Of a DNA stretch of 64,000 nt, positions 17,533 to 26,587 are shown one piece after another. A program made the translations under genes and the position numbers. Position 1 is the stretch's first letter. Each line of letters opens with the position of its first letter. Source of the DNA: a virus (lineage: Duplodnaviria > Caudoviricetes); the IMG/VR virus record IMGVR_UViG_3300036660_000031, positions 1 to 64,000 of that record; one strand, 5' to 3'. The notes under the pieces were generated by a model that had not been told where the DNA came from, ran no database searches, and saw only the letters and a list, made by a program, of their open reading frames with translations.

Positions 17533-19613
17533 TGAGACACATACTTTTTGGTGATTCCACCATTTCAAAAACAGTCTGCATACTCTCCGTGTACTTAAAC
17601 AAGGTAGAGATGGTTAAGACTTATATGACTCCTTTTGGGCTAGATGAAGATGCTTTCATGGCTGTGGACTTGTACCAAGACCCCCAGAAAAAGAAAACTG
17701 CTAAGGCCGTACTAAAGGAATATACAACTACTGACTTGCTGCCTTTGTTCCATGAACAAGACATTAAGTATGTACTGTGTACCGATGCTGAGTACTTTAA
17801 AGTGCTCACTGGTGTCATGAAGGTGGACATTAACTTAGGGTATGTACTCCCCTGCTCATACGATCCAACTATCCATGTGGCTTACGCCCCATCTTATAAA
17901 GCGGTGTTCTATGATCCAGCATCAGCAAAGCCCAAGATTGAAACAGCTATGCATTCTCTTGGGAACCATATGGAAGGAGGATACAAACCTCCCGGCGACA
18001 ACATCATCAAGTTTGAAGCCTATCCAAACACTGTGCAAGAAATCAGCGGTTGGCTGGACAAGCTACTCGCAATGGATTGTCCACTTACCTGTGACATTGA
18101 AGCCTTCAGTCTCAAGCACCATACGGCAGGAATCGGTTCCATTTCATTCTCTTGGAACCAACATGAAGGAATCGCTTTTCTGGTGGACTATTTACCTACC
18201 GGGGATGGTGTCTCGGCTCCCTTTGGTTCACAAATAAGCAATGGGCCTGTACGTGAACTATTAGCAAACTTCTTCATGCAAATGAAGCACAAGGTGATTT
18301 ATCACAACATAGCATATGACGCTTATGTGCTGATCTATCAATTGTTCATGGCTAACATCATTGACACTGATGGCCTGCTTAAAGGCATCAATATCTTGCT
18401 TGGTAAGTGGGACTGTACCAAACTCATTTCCTATTTGGCTACCAACACTTGTGCTGGTAACGAGCTAGGTCTGAAGGTCCAAGCCCAGGAATTTGCTGGC
18501 AATTGGGCTGTTGAAGAAATCAAAGACATTACAAAGATTGAACCAACAAAGCTACTCAAGTACAACTTAGTGGATGCTCTATCTACTTGGTATGTGTATA
18601 ACAAACACCAACCAACTATGGTAGCTGATCAACAGCTAGAGATATACGAGACTCTGTTTCAACCAACTACTGTTGACATCATACAGATGCAGTTAACAGG
18701 CATACCTTTGAACATGGTACGTGTGCTAGAAGTAGAGGTAGAACTGCAAGCTGACTATAACAGTGCTGTTAATCGTATCGCCAATTGTTCCTTGGTTCAA
18801 GACTTTGCGTATCAACGCAAGCTCAATTGGATCAAGACAAAGAATGCTGGCTACAAGAAAAAAGTTATCGGTATGGCTGAAGCTAATGCTGAGTTGCTTA
18901 AACCAAAAAATGATGTTCGGTGGAATCCAAACTCATATCCCCAAGTACAGGAACTGCTTTATGAAATGATTGGCTTGCCTATCATTGAACTAACTGACAA
19001 TAAGCAACCAGCGGTTGACGGTGAGACTATTCAGAACCTGAAGAATCACACTACAGATCAAAAAGTTTTAGACTTGTTAGACGCATTTTCAGACTACGCT
19101 GCTGTAAATAAGATCGTGACGGGATTTATTCCTGCCATGAAGTGTGCAGCCCTTGGGCCTGATGGATGGCACTATCTGTTCGGTAACTTCAATCTTGGAG
19201 GTACGCTATCAGGCAGACTATCTAGTAGTAACCCTAACTTGCAGAACCTGCCTGCTAATAAAAAGAAAGGTCAAAAGGATTTTGCAAAGCTAATTAAATC
19301 ATGTGTTGAAGCCCCTCCCGGATGGTTGTTTGTTGGTCTGGACTTTGCTTCACTTGAAGATAGAATCTCGGCTCTCACAACAAAAGACCCAAACAAACTA
19401 ACGGTTTATTTAGAAGGTTTTGACGGCCACAGTTTAAGAGCACAGACTTACTTCAGTGAGGCAATGCCAGATATTGAACGTGCCCCCACTGGAGCCAAGT
19501 GCTACAAGGCGCTAGTTGGTACACAGGAAATTTACTTTCATGATCATGAAACCATCATGTACATGGGGAAAACCGTGACAGGCACTGAACTTGTTCAGCT
19601 ATTGTCTTTTTAA
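17532..19613 (+). CDS. polA: Family A DNA polymerase, N-terminal fragment (3'-5' exonuclease, thumb, motif A)
   Basis: Exo DIEAFS, YHNIAYD, YNLVDALST; SGRLSSSNPNLQN; motif A GLDFASLEDR; stops before motifs B and C. TAATG overlap gives start 17532. Confidence 0.92.
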   Translation: MRHILFGDSTISKTVCILSVYLNKVEMVKTYMTPFGLDEDAFMAVDLYQDPQKKKTAKAVLKEYTTTDLLPLFHEQDIKYVLCTDAEYFKVLTGVMKVDINLGYVLPCSYDPTIHVAYAPSYKAVFYDPASAKPKIETAMHSLGNHMEGGYKPPGDNIIKFEAYPNTVQEISGWLDKLLAMDCPLTCDIEAFSLKHHTAGIGSISFSWNQHEGIAFLVDYLPTGDGVSAPFGSQISNGPVRELLANFFMQMKHKVIYHNIAYDAYVLIYQLFMANIIDTDGLLKGINILLGKWDCTKLISYLATNTCAGNELGLKVQAQEFAGNWAVEEIKDITKIEPTKLLKYNLVDALSTWYVYNKHQPTMVADQQLEIYETLFQPTTVDIIQMQLTGIPLNMVRVLEVEVELQADYNSAVNRIANCSLVQDFAYQRKLNWIKTKNAGYKKKVIGMAEANAELLKPKNDVRWNPNSYPQVQELLYEMIGLPIIELTDNKQPAVDGETIQNLKNHTTDQKVLDLLDAFSDYAAVNKIVTGFIPAMKCAALGPDGWHYLFGNFNLGGTLSGRLSSSNPNLQNLPANKKKGQKDFAKLIKSCVEAPPGWLFVGLDFASLEDRISALTTKDPNKLTVYLEGFDGHSLRAQTYFSEAMPDIERAPTGAKCYKALVGTQEIYFHDHETIMYMGKTVTGTELVQLLSF

Positions 19614-19618
19614 ACAAC

Positions 19619-19642
19619 ACCACCTAACTAGGTGGTTTTTTT
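19619..19642 (+). terminator. Intrinsic terminator directly after polA N-fragment
   Basis: ACCACCT-AACT-AGGTGGT followed by T run. Confidence 0.85.
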
Positions 19643-19655
19643 AGCTTCACATAAC

Positions 19656-21578
19656 ATGACTATAGAACAAACAATATTTGAAACACCACAACAGGAATAC
19701 ATCGCTAAAAGCAAATACGCCCGGTATTTAGATAAGGAAAAAAGACGAGAAACATGGGGAGAAACTGTTCAACGATACTTCGATTTTGCCCATGAACACA
19801 TTGAAGAAAAGTTTCCACAAGCTTCGACTAAATGGCATGAAGTTGAAGCAGAAATGCAATATCAAGTTTTCTCCTTGAGAACCATGCCCTCAATGCGATT
19901 GCTAATGACTGCTGGTGAAGCAGTTAAACGCAACAACATTGCAGCCTACAACTGCCACTATGCTGCTATCGACAAGGTACGCAAATTTAGTGACATGCTG
20001 TTGATTCTCATGCACGGTACTGGCTCAGGCTTTTCATGTGAACGACAAGCAATTGCCAAGCTACCGGCAGTACCTGACACAGTGAATAAGACAGACGATG
20101 TAATCGTTGTCAAAGATTCCAAAGAAGGTTGGGCAAATGCTTTTAGCATTCTGCTTCGCCACCTTTATCAAGGTGCTATTCCAAAAATTGACTACTCCAA
20201 AGTACGCCCTAAAGGAGCACGCCTCAAAACTTTTGGTGGTCGTGCTTCTGGTCCTGAACCACTGAAGAAACTATTTGATTTTGTTAGCAACTTGTTTCTT
20301 CATGCGGCTGGCCGTAAGCTGACTTCATTGGAAGTCCATGATATTTGCTGCTTGATTGCAGACATTGTGGTTGTCGGTGGTGTACGCCGTTCTGCACTTA
20401 TCAGCCTGAGTAATCTGTCTGATCTGCGTATGCGTGATGCTAAAGAAGGTCAGTGGTGGACTGCTCACGGACACCGTGGTTTAGCTAACAACTCTGCCGT
20501 ATATACAGAACGTCCTGAAGTGGAAATCTTCATGGCTGAATGGTTGGCTCTTATCAAATCCAAGTCTGGTGAGCGTGGAATCTTCAACCGTCAAGCTGCT
20601 AGAAAGCAAGCTGCACGTTGGGGCAGACGTTCGGCTGATGCAGATTATGGATGCAATCCATGCTCTGAAATTCTGCTGCTGTCTAACGAGATGTGTAATC
20701 TTACTGAAGCTGTAATCCGTAAGGGTGACAGTTATGAAGTTATTAAAGAGAAGATTCGTATAGCAACCATTATGGGTGTCTATCAGTCTTCACTGACAGA
20801 CTTCAAAGGTGTAGATGCAGAACTGCAACGCAATTGTGAAGAAGAACGTCTGCTTGGTGTGTCCATGACAGGCGTGATGGATCACGAAATCCTGAACAAC
20901 GTAAACCCAACAGCTATTCAATGGCTGGAAGACTTGCGTGATTATTCCCGTGAAGTGGCAACAGAATGGGCTGGATACTTTGGTATCAATGTCTCTGTGG
21001 CTATCACTTGCAATAAGCCTTCAGGCACTGTGGCTCAACTCACTAATGCTGGCACTGGCGGTTTACATCCACGATTCGGTAAGCATTACATTCGTACCTA
21101 TCGTCAAGACAACAAAGACCCATTGACTCAGTTCCTTAAAGAACAAGGTATTGCATGGGAACCAAGTGTGACTAAGCCAGAGACTGAAACTATTTTCAGC
21201 TTTGTAGTGGAGTCTCCTGATGGTGCAGTGATGCGTGATGATCGTACTGCGATAGAACAGTTAGAGCATTGGCTCATGTTCCAACGTCACTGGTGTGAGC
21301 ACAAGCCTTCAATCACTATCTACGTCAAAGACCATGAGTGGCTAGAAGCTGGTGCATGGGTATACAAACACTTTGATGAAGTCTGTGGAGTAAGCTTCTT
21401 GCCTTTTGATAATGGTTCGTATCGTCAAGCACCGTTCCAAGAAATCACAAAAGAAGAGTACAGGGAATTCATTGCCAAGTACCCCGGCACGATTGACTGG
21501 AGTAAGTTTGTTGAACTCGATGACATGACCGAAGGTGGTCAAGAACTAGCCTGCACTGGCGGTGCTTGCCTGATCTAA
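19656..21578 (+). CDS. nrdJ: Class II (adenosylcobalamin-dependent) ribonucleotide reductase, monomeric type
   Basis: MPSMR, TFGGRASGPEPL, GGVRRSA, NPCSEI, CNLTE, KPSGT, PSITIYV, GVSFLP, C-terminal CTGGAC; no NrdB in window. Confidence 0.9.
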   Translation: MTIEQTIFETPQQEYIAKSKYARYLDKEKRRETWGETVQRYFDFAHEHIEEKFPQASTKWHEVEAEMQYQVFSLRTMPSMRLLMTAGEAVKRNNIAAYNCHYAAIDKVRKFSDMLLILMHGTGSGFSCERQAIAKLPAVPDTVNKTDDVIVVKDSKEGWANAFSILLRHLYQGAIPKIDYSKVRPKGARLKTFGGRASGPEPLKKLFDFVSNLFLHAAGRKLTSLEVHDICCLIADIVVVGGVRRSALISLSNLSDLRMRDAKEGQWWTAHGHRGLANNSAVYTERPEVEIFMAEWLALIKSKSGERGIFNRQAARKQAARWGRRSADADYGCNPCSEILLLSNEMCNLTEAVIRKGDSYEVIKEKIRIATIMGVYQSSLTDFKGVDAELQRNCEEERLLGVSMTGVMDHEILNNVNPTAIQWLEDLRDYSREVATEWAGYFGINVSVAITCNKPSGTVAQLTNAGTGGLHPRFGKHYIRTYRQDNKDPLTQFLKEQGIAWEPSVTKPETETIFSFVVESPDGAVMRDDRTAIEQLEHWLMFQRHWCEHKPSITIYVKDHEWLEAGAWVYKHFDEVCGVSFLPFDNGSYRQAPFQEITKEEYREFIAKYPGTIDWSKFVELDDMTEGGQELACTGGACLI

Positions 21579-21582
21579 GCTG

Positions 21583-21620
21583 AAAGACAAAGCCCGGAAC
21601 ACTCTGGGCTTTGTTTCTTT
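21583..21620 (+). terminator. Intrinsic terminator after nrdJ
   Basis: AAAGACAAAGCCCGGA-ACAC-TCTGGGCTTTGTTTCTTT. Confidence 0.75.
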
Positions 21621-21645
21621 GGTTCTAACACTCAAGGAGATACTT

Positions 21646-21840
21646 ATGGAAATCATTGAACAGGGTCAACTACCAGAAGAAAAAGAGTACACCGCAAAGT
21701 GTTCTAACTGCCAAACCAAATTCAAGTTTCAAGCTAAAGAAGCTCTTGGTCGTAATTGCAATCGTAATGAAAGCTACCTGAGTGTAATTTGCCCTTACTC
21801 TAAATGCGGTAAACAAGTGTATGTAGAAGTCCAATGTTAG
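21646..21840 (+). CDS. Small Zn-ribbon protein (64 aa)
   Basis: CSNC...CPYSKC; AAGGAG SD before ATG 21646. Confidence 0.75.
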   Translation: MEIIEQGQLPEEKEYTAKCSNCQTKFKFQAKEALGRNCNRNESYLSVICPYSKCGKQVYVEVQC

Positions 21841-22568
21841 TCATTGATCAACTTATCGCAGCAGTCACTGAAGTGACTGTTAGTGAGCACGATGTAGCTC
21901 GTATCAATTCCATTGAAGTACATTACAAACCCAAACGACAAGATAGCAAAGCACCAACCTTTGCACTGACATACCAAGGTACTTGGTCAACACTGGTCAA
22001 GAACTGTGGCTTCTCACCTCAAGTAGCTAAAGAAATTGAACAAAGATACCACGGACTCTATGCTGTCAGTACTGAGTGGGTACAAAAGAAACTGAACCAA
22101 GCAGCTAAGGAAGGGTACATCACAGGTGCATTCGGCCTGAGACTGCGTACTCCTTTGTTGGCTCAAGTTGTACGGGGTAATCGACAGACTCCCCGTGAAG
22201 CAGAGGCTGAAGGCCGTACTGCTGGTAATGCGTTAGGTCAAAGCTGGTGTTTACTAAACTCACGAGCTTGGGCTGCAACTATGAAAATTGTCCGTGCTAG
22301 CCCTTATAGGACGACGATCAGACCTTGTGCCCAAATCCATGACGCTGGTTATGCTTTGGTTCGTGATGACATTGAACCAATCATGTTTTTGAATGAGCAT
22401 CTTGTACGTGAAGTTCAATGGAACAATCACCCCGATATTTACCACCCTGAAGTTGGATTAGGTGGTGAACTCTCTATTTTCTATCCAACATGGAAAGATG
22501 AAATTGGTATCCCAAATGGGGCCACTGAAGATGAAATATTTACTATAGTAAAAAAGGTATTTTCATGA
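21834..22568 (+). CDS. polA: Family A DNA polymerase, C-terminal fragment (motifs B and C)
   Basis: Motif B RQDSKAPTFALTYQG, GAFGLRLRTP, EGRTAGNALGQS, motif C QIHDAGY. Confidence 0.92.
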   Translation: MLVIDQLIAAVTEVTVSEHDVARINSIEVHYKPKRQDSKAPTFALTYQGTWSTLVKNCGFSPQVAKEIEQRYHGLYAVSTEWVQKKLNQAAKEGYITGAFGLRLRTPLLAQVVRGNRQTPREAEAEGRTAGNALGQSWCLLNSRAWAATMKIVRASPYRTTIRPCAQIHDAGYALVRDDIEPIMFLNEHLVREVQWNNHPDIYHPEVGLGGELSIFYPTWKDEIGIPNGATEDEIFTIVKKVFS

Positions 22569-22696
22569 AGCAATTTATAAAAGATAACGTGGCATTCTGC
22601 GTGCTGCTTACTTGTGCTGCTATCGCTTTGATAGTATTCAGCCAAGTCATGACAGCAATTGGTATCCTCGTTGTCGCCACATTCACGTTAAAATAA
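22565..22696 (+). CDS. Small membrane protein (43 aa)
   Basis: Hand-read MKQFIKDNVAFCVLLTCAAIALIVFSQVMTAIGILVVATFTLK; ATGA overlap. Confidence 0.55.
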   Translation: MKQFIKDNVAFCVLLTCAAIALIVFSQVMTAIGILVVATFTLK

Positions 22697-22718
22697 CTGT
22701 CTACACCCATCCCCGCAC

Positions 22719-22742
22719 AGGAGCCAATTGGCTCCTTTTCTT
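22719..22742 (+). terminator. Palindromic hairpin/terminator
   Basis: AGGAGCCAATTGGCTCCT then TTTCTT. Confidence 0.65.
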
Positions 22743-22765
22743 CCCTCTGTACTTAGGAAAATCAT

Positions 22766-23086
22766 ATGATTGAAAAAGCACCCGTCGATGAGTCTATGAC
22801 TATGCAGCATTACTTCTTGCTTGCTGGCAGTGTCGCCTATCGAGTCCCATCAGAAAATGGTGAAAACACTATTGGCGTGATTACGCTTAATGGCATCATC
22901 ACCACTGATAACCAAGCACTTCGCATGAGTGATCTGGGCAAAGCTCAGAAAGTTTTGCAACACCACTTCCGTCTTAAAACAAACGACAGCACCCTTGAAA
23001 TTGTTGACGTGGTTCTGGTAAACGTGTTCTATCTGGGCTTCCAGTCCCCGATGATGTTCAACGATCTTGGAGTCCCGATTCAATAA
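22766..23086 (+). CDS. Conserved N4-like hypothetical protein
   Basis: 106 aa, AGGA SD, syntenic position after polymerase. Confidence 0.65.
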   Translation: MIEKAPVDESMTMQHYFLLAGSVAYRVPSENGENTIGVITLNGIITTDNQALRMSDLGKAQKVLQHHFRLKTNDSTLEIVDVVLVNVFYLGFQSPMMFNDLGVPIQ

Positions 23087-23409
23087 TGATTACTGAACCA
23101 AAGGTATTGACTGGTGGCAAGGTCAATTACTATTTAGTTAAAGTAACTCATCCTCAGCGTGAAGAACAACCTTCTTATCAAGCGGAATGCGAAGACATTA
23201 TTCGTGCTCTGAAAATGACGTTTGATGAGGGTTGTGAATTCAAAGCTATTTGGCGTACTGCTTCTGCCCGTATAGGCAATGGCAAAGCAGGCCAAGGTGC
23301 TATGTATGACGCTGAGAAACGAGTCCACTATGCCGGTGCCTGTCTCCGTCAATATCAACAAGACAAGATACGGGAAGAATCTACCCCTAAACAGGAGTTA
23401 ATCAAATGA
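23086..23409 (+). CDS. Conserved N4-like hypothetical protein
   Basis: LTGGKVNYY...AECEDIIRAL.MTF.EG..FKAIWR. Confidence 0.7.
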   Translation: MITEPKVLTGGKVNYYLVKVTHPQREEQPSYQAECEDIIRALKMTFDEGCEFKAIWRTASARIGNGKAGQGAMYDAEKRVHYAGACLRQYQQDKIREESTPKQELIK

Positions 23410-24377
23410 TTATCACCAACAAAAATGATATAGCTTTGCCTATGGCTGTGTGGTTACTTAATGACGAGTACGACTACATCAACGAACCAAACTACATTAG
23501 TGCAACCACATTAATGAAGCCAGTACGTCAAGCAGTTCTTGCTAAACGTGTACCCATTGAAAGTCGTGGCTTTGATTTAAGTGACTTGATTGCTTCACGT
23601 ATAGGGACTGCTCTGCATGACTCTATCGAAAAAGCAGTTAACAACAACATGTCCAAAGCATTGAGTATGCTTGGTTACCCCGAAAGTGTTATCAAACGCG
23701 TGGTAGTCAATCCAACAGTTGACGACCTTGAAGGCATTGACGATCCAATCATACTGTGGACTGAACAACGGACTACAAAGAAGGTTGGCAAGTGGACTGT
23801 AGGCGGTAAGTTTGACTTAGTAGCTGAAGGAATCATCCAAGACTACAAGTCAACTTCTGCATACACATGGTTGTATGGTGATCGTGATGATGAACACCGT
23901 CTGCAACTGTCCATCTACAAGTGGTTGAACCCTAACAAGATCACTGAAGACTACGGAATCATTAACTACATTTTCACTGACTGGTCTAAAGCTATTGCTG
24001 CACAGAACCCTAAGTATCCACAATCAAAGCTGATAGTTAAAAACTTGACGCTGCTGGAACCAAAGGAAGTACAGCAATGGGTGATAAGCAAACTTCATCA
24101 GCTAGAAAAGCTGGAGACTGCACCAGACAAAAGCATTCCTGAATGCACCTCAGAAGAATTGTGGATGTCCGATCCCGCGTATAAGTATTACGCTAATCCT
24201 GCTGCCACTGCTGGCAGATCAACTAAAAACTTTGATTTTTTGCATGAGGCGAATGCCCACCTAAAAGCCAAAGGTGTGGGAGTGGTGAAGACCATTCTTG
24301 GAGAACCTAAACGATGCGGTTACTGTCCTGCGTATGACGTATGCAAACAGAAAGACCGTTATTTCAACCTACCATAA
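23406..24377 (+). CDS. PD-(D/E)XK exonuclease (N4 gp42-like)
   Basis: ISATTL, GTALHDSIE, GKFDL, DYKST, QLSIY, C-terminal CGYC...C. Confidence 0.85.
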   Translation: MIITNKNDIALPMAVWLLNDEYDYINEPNYISATTLMKPVRQAVLAKRVPIESRGFDLSDLIASRIGTALHDSIEKAVNNNMSKALSMLGYPESVIKRVVVNPTVDDLEGIDDPIILWTEQRTTKKVGKWTVGGKFDLVAEGIIQDYKSTSAYTWLYGDRDDEHRLQLSIYKWLNPNKITEDYGIINYIFTDWSKAIAAQNPKYPQSKLIVKNLTLLEPKEVQQWVISKLHQLEKLETAPDKSIPECTSEELWMSDPAYKYYANPAATAGRSTKNFDFLHEANAHLKAKGVGVVKTILGEPKRCGYCPAYDVCKQKDRYFNLP

Positions 24378-24389
24378 CGAGAGAATTAA

Positions 24390-26540
24390 ATGATTGACCT
24401 GACCGGAATTAACCACCATCCAGCAATAGAAGAAATTGTTGAAGTGCTTTGCGCTAAGACACAGAATACTGACAAAGGATTTTTTCGTACTGAAGCTGCT
24501 TTCTTCTTCGGCAAAATGGCTGCTGCAATGCGTGCAACTATCCTGACGAAAGATCGTGGCGAGATTCCAGTCAACATTTATGCCTTGGCTCTTGCTACTT
24601 CTGGCTTCGGCAAAGGCCACTCTGTCCACATCTTTGAGAATGAATTTCTCATGGGATTCAAGAAGCGATTCATGGAAGACACCTTCCCTGTAGTCGCTGA
24701 AAAGAATCTTTGGGACATTGCCAATGACCGTGCTGCCAAGAACGGTAACGATCCACAGGAAGAGTTTGACAAGGTAGCTGCCTCATTTAAACGTGCTGGT
24801 GCCTACCCATTCACCTTTGACTCTGGCACTACGCCTGCTGTGAAGCAACTGCGTAATAAACTGCTGCTTGCCAATTGCGGTTCTATCAATATGCAAGTCG
24901 ATGAGATTGGTTCCAATCTTGAAGGCTCTGCTGAATTGTTGAACCTCTATCTTGAGTTGTATGACCAAGGTATTGTCAAACAGAAGCTGACCAAGAACAC
25001 TCCAGAATCACAACGTGACGAAGAGATTGACGGTAAGACTCCCACTAACATGTTGCTGTTTGGCACTCCTGCCAAGCTGCTCGATGGTGGCCCTACTGAA
25101 GATGCGTTCTACAGTTTGCTTGAGACTGGCTATGCTCGTCGTTGCCTGTTTGGTTGGGGTCAGCAAGATCGCAAAGCTAGCCATTCACAGACACCTGAAG
25201 AAATTTATCAGAAGCTGATCCAACCACAGAACTCGTCTATCGTGACAAAGTGGGCAACCCGCTTTCATGGATTGGCAGACCCTGCTCGGTTTGGTTGGGA
25301 AATTGAATTGGAAGATGACGTAGCTGTTGAACTGATTCGCTATAAGAAAAGCTGTGAACAAATGGCTGATGCTTTGGCTGATCACAAAGAAATACAGAAA
25401 GCAGAACTGTCTCACCGTTACTTCAAAGCTCTCAAGCTGGCTGGTGCTTATGCATTCATTGATGGTTCCAACAAGCTTTCAATAGACAACCTGAAACAAG
25501 CAATTTTGCTGGTAGAAGAATCTGGCGAAGCTTTCAAGATCATCTTGAACCGTGAAAAGACCTATGTGAAATTGGCTCGTTATATCGCTGCTGAAGACAC
25601 TGAGTTGACTCATGCAGACTTGCACGAAGCATTACCGTTCTACAAGACAGGTAATGCAGCACGCAATGAAATGATCAGCTTGGCTACAGCATGGGGCTAC
25701 AAGCAGCACATCTTAATCAAGAAAACATTCGTTGATGGTATTGAGTTCTTCCACGGTGAAACTTTGCAAGAAACTAACCTTGATGAACTAACGTTGTCAT
25801 ACAGTGATCACTTTGCTTATCACTATGAAGCTCAGACTGCATCCTTTGAACAACTACATTTGTTGACTCAAGCTGATGGCTTGCATTGGTGCAATCATGC
25901 ATTCAAGAACGAACATCGTGCAGAAGAGAACGTATTAGTTGGCTTCAACATGATTGTGATTGACGTGGATGGTGGTACTCCTATCGCTACTGTGCATGAA
26001 CTACTTAAAGAGTACAAGTTCATGACGTATACAACCAAGCGTCACACTGATGAAGATAACCGCTTCAGAATTATCTTGCCTATGAACTACCGCTTAGAGT
26101 TAGAAGCTGATGACTACCATGCATTCATGAACTCTATTGTGGAATGGCTTCCATTCAAAACTGATGAAGAAGCTAATCAACGATCACGTAAATGGTTGTC
26201 GTGTGCTGAAGGTGTTCACCATTACAACACTGAAGGTGCGATGTTTGATGTACTGAAGTTCATACCTAAGACTAGCAAGAATGAAGAATTCAAGTCTGAG
26301 ATGAAGAAGGTCGAGTCAATGGATAACCTAGAACGCTGGTTTGCTCAACGTATTGCTTCAGGCAATCGGAACAATCAGATGGTCAAATTTGCATTGACAC
26401 TCGTAGACGGTGGTATGGATTTCTACACTGTGCAGGCACAGGTTCATGCTTTCAATAAGAAGCTAAACAATCCATTAGCTCCTAACGAGATTGAGAACAC
26501 CATCATGCAGACCGTAGCCAAGAAGCTGTCTGGTAAATAA
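24390..26540 (+). CDS. DNA primase-type replication protein (N4 gp43-like)
   Basis: SGFGKGHS, DEIGSN, prim-pol-like IDVDGG / YTTKRH / RFRIILP, C-terminal GNRNN primase-C-like segment. Confidence 0.85.
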   Translation: MIDLTGINHHPAIEEIVEVLCAKTQNTDKGFFRTEAAFFFGKMAAAMRATILTKDRGEIPVNIYALALATSGFGKGHSVHIFENEFLMGFKKRFMEDTFPVVAEKNLWDIANDRAAKNGNDPQEEFDKVAASFKRAGAYPFTFDSGTTPAVKQLRNKLLLANCGSINMQVDEIGSNLEGSAELLNLYLELYDQGIVKQKLTKNTPESQRDEEIDGKTPTNMLLFGTPAKLLDGGPTEDAFYSLLETGYARRCLFGWGQQDRKASHSQTPEEIYQKLIQPQNSSIVTKWATRFHGLADPARFGWEIELEDDVAVELIRYKKSCEQMADALADHKEIQKAELSHRYFKALKLAGAYAFIDGSNKLSIDNLKQAILLVEESGEAFKIILNREKTYVKLARYIAAEDTELTHADLHEALPFYKTGNAARNEMISLATAWGYKQHILIKKTFVDGIEFFHGETLQETNLDELTLSYSDHFAYHYEAQTASFEQLHLLTQADGLHWCNHAFKNEHRAEENVLVGFNMIVIDVDGGTPIATVHELLKEYKFMTYTTKRHTDEDNRFRIILPMNYRLELEADDYHAFMNSIVEWLPFKTDEEANQRSRKWLSCAEGVHHYNTEGAMFDVLKFIPKTSKNEEFKSEMKKVESMDNLERWFAQRIASGNRNNQMVKFALTLVDGGMDFYTVQAQVHAFNKKLNNPLAPNEIENTIMQTVAKKLSGK

Positions 26541-26587
26541 AACCGAACCAAGTGAAGAATCCCATTTCTTTATTTGGTTCATAACCC

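Noticed and set aside
19613-21834. Group I/II intron containing nrdJ
   Set aside because: No recognisable intron core, RT or homing endonuclease; the gap is almost entirely coding and holds two terminators. Not formally excluded without RT-PCR.
19496-21910. Split intein linking the polA fragments (Cys in CYKAL, Asn-Ser in RINS)
   Set aside because: No Hint-domain block B (TxxH) or terminal HN; the C-side leader is only about 25 aa; INSI appears to be native polymerase sequence.
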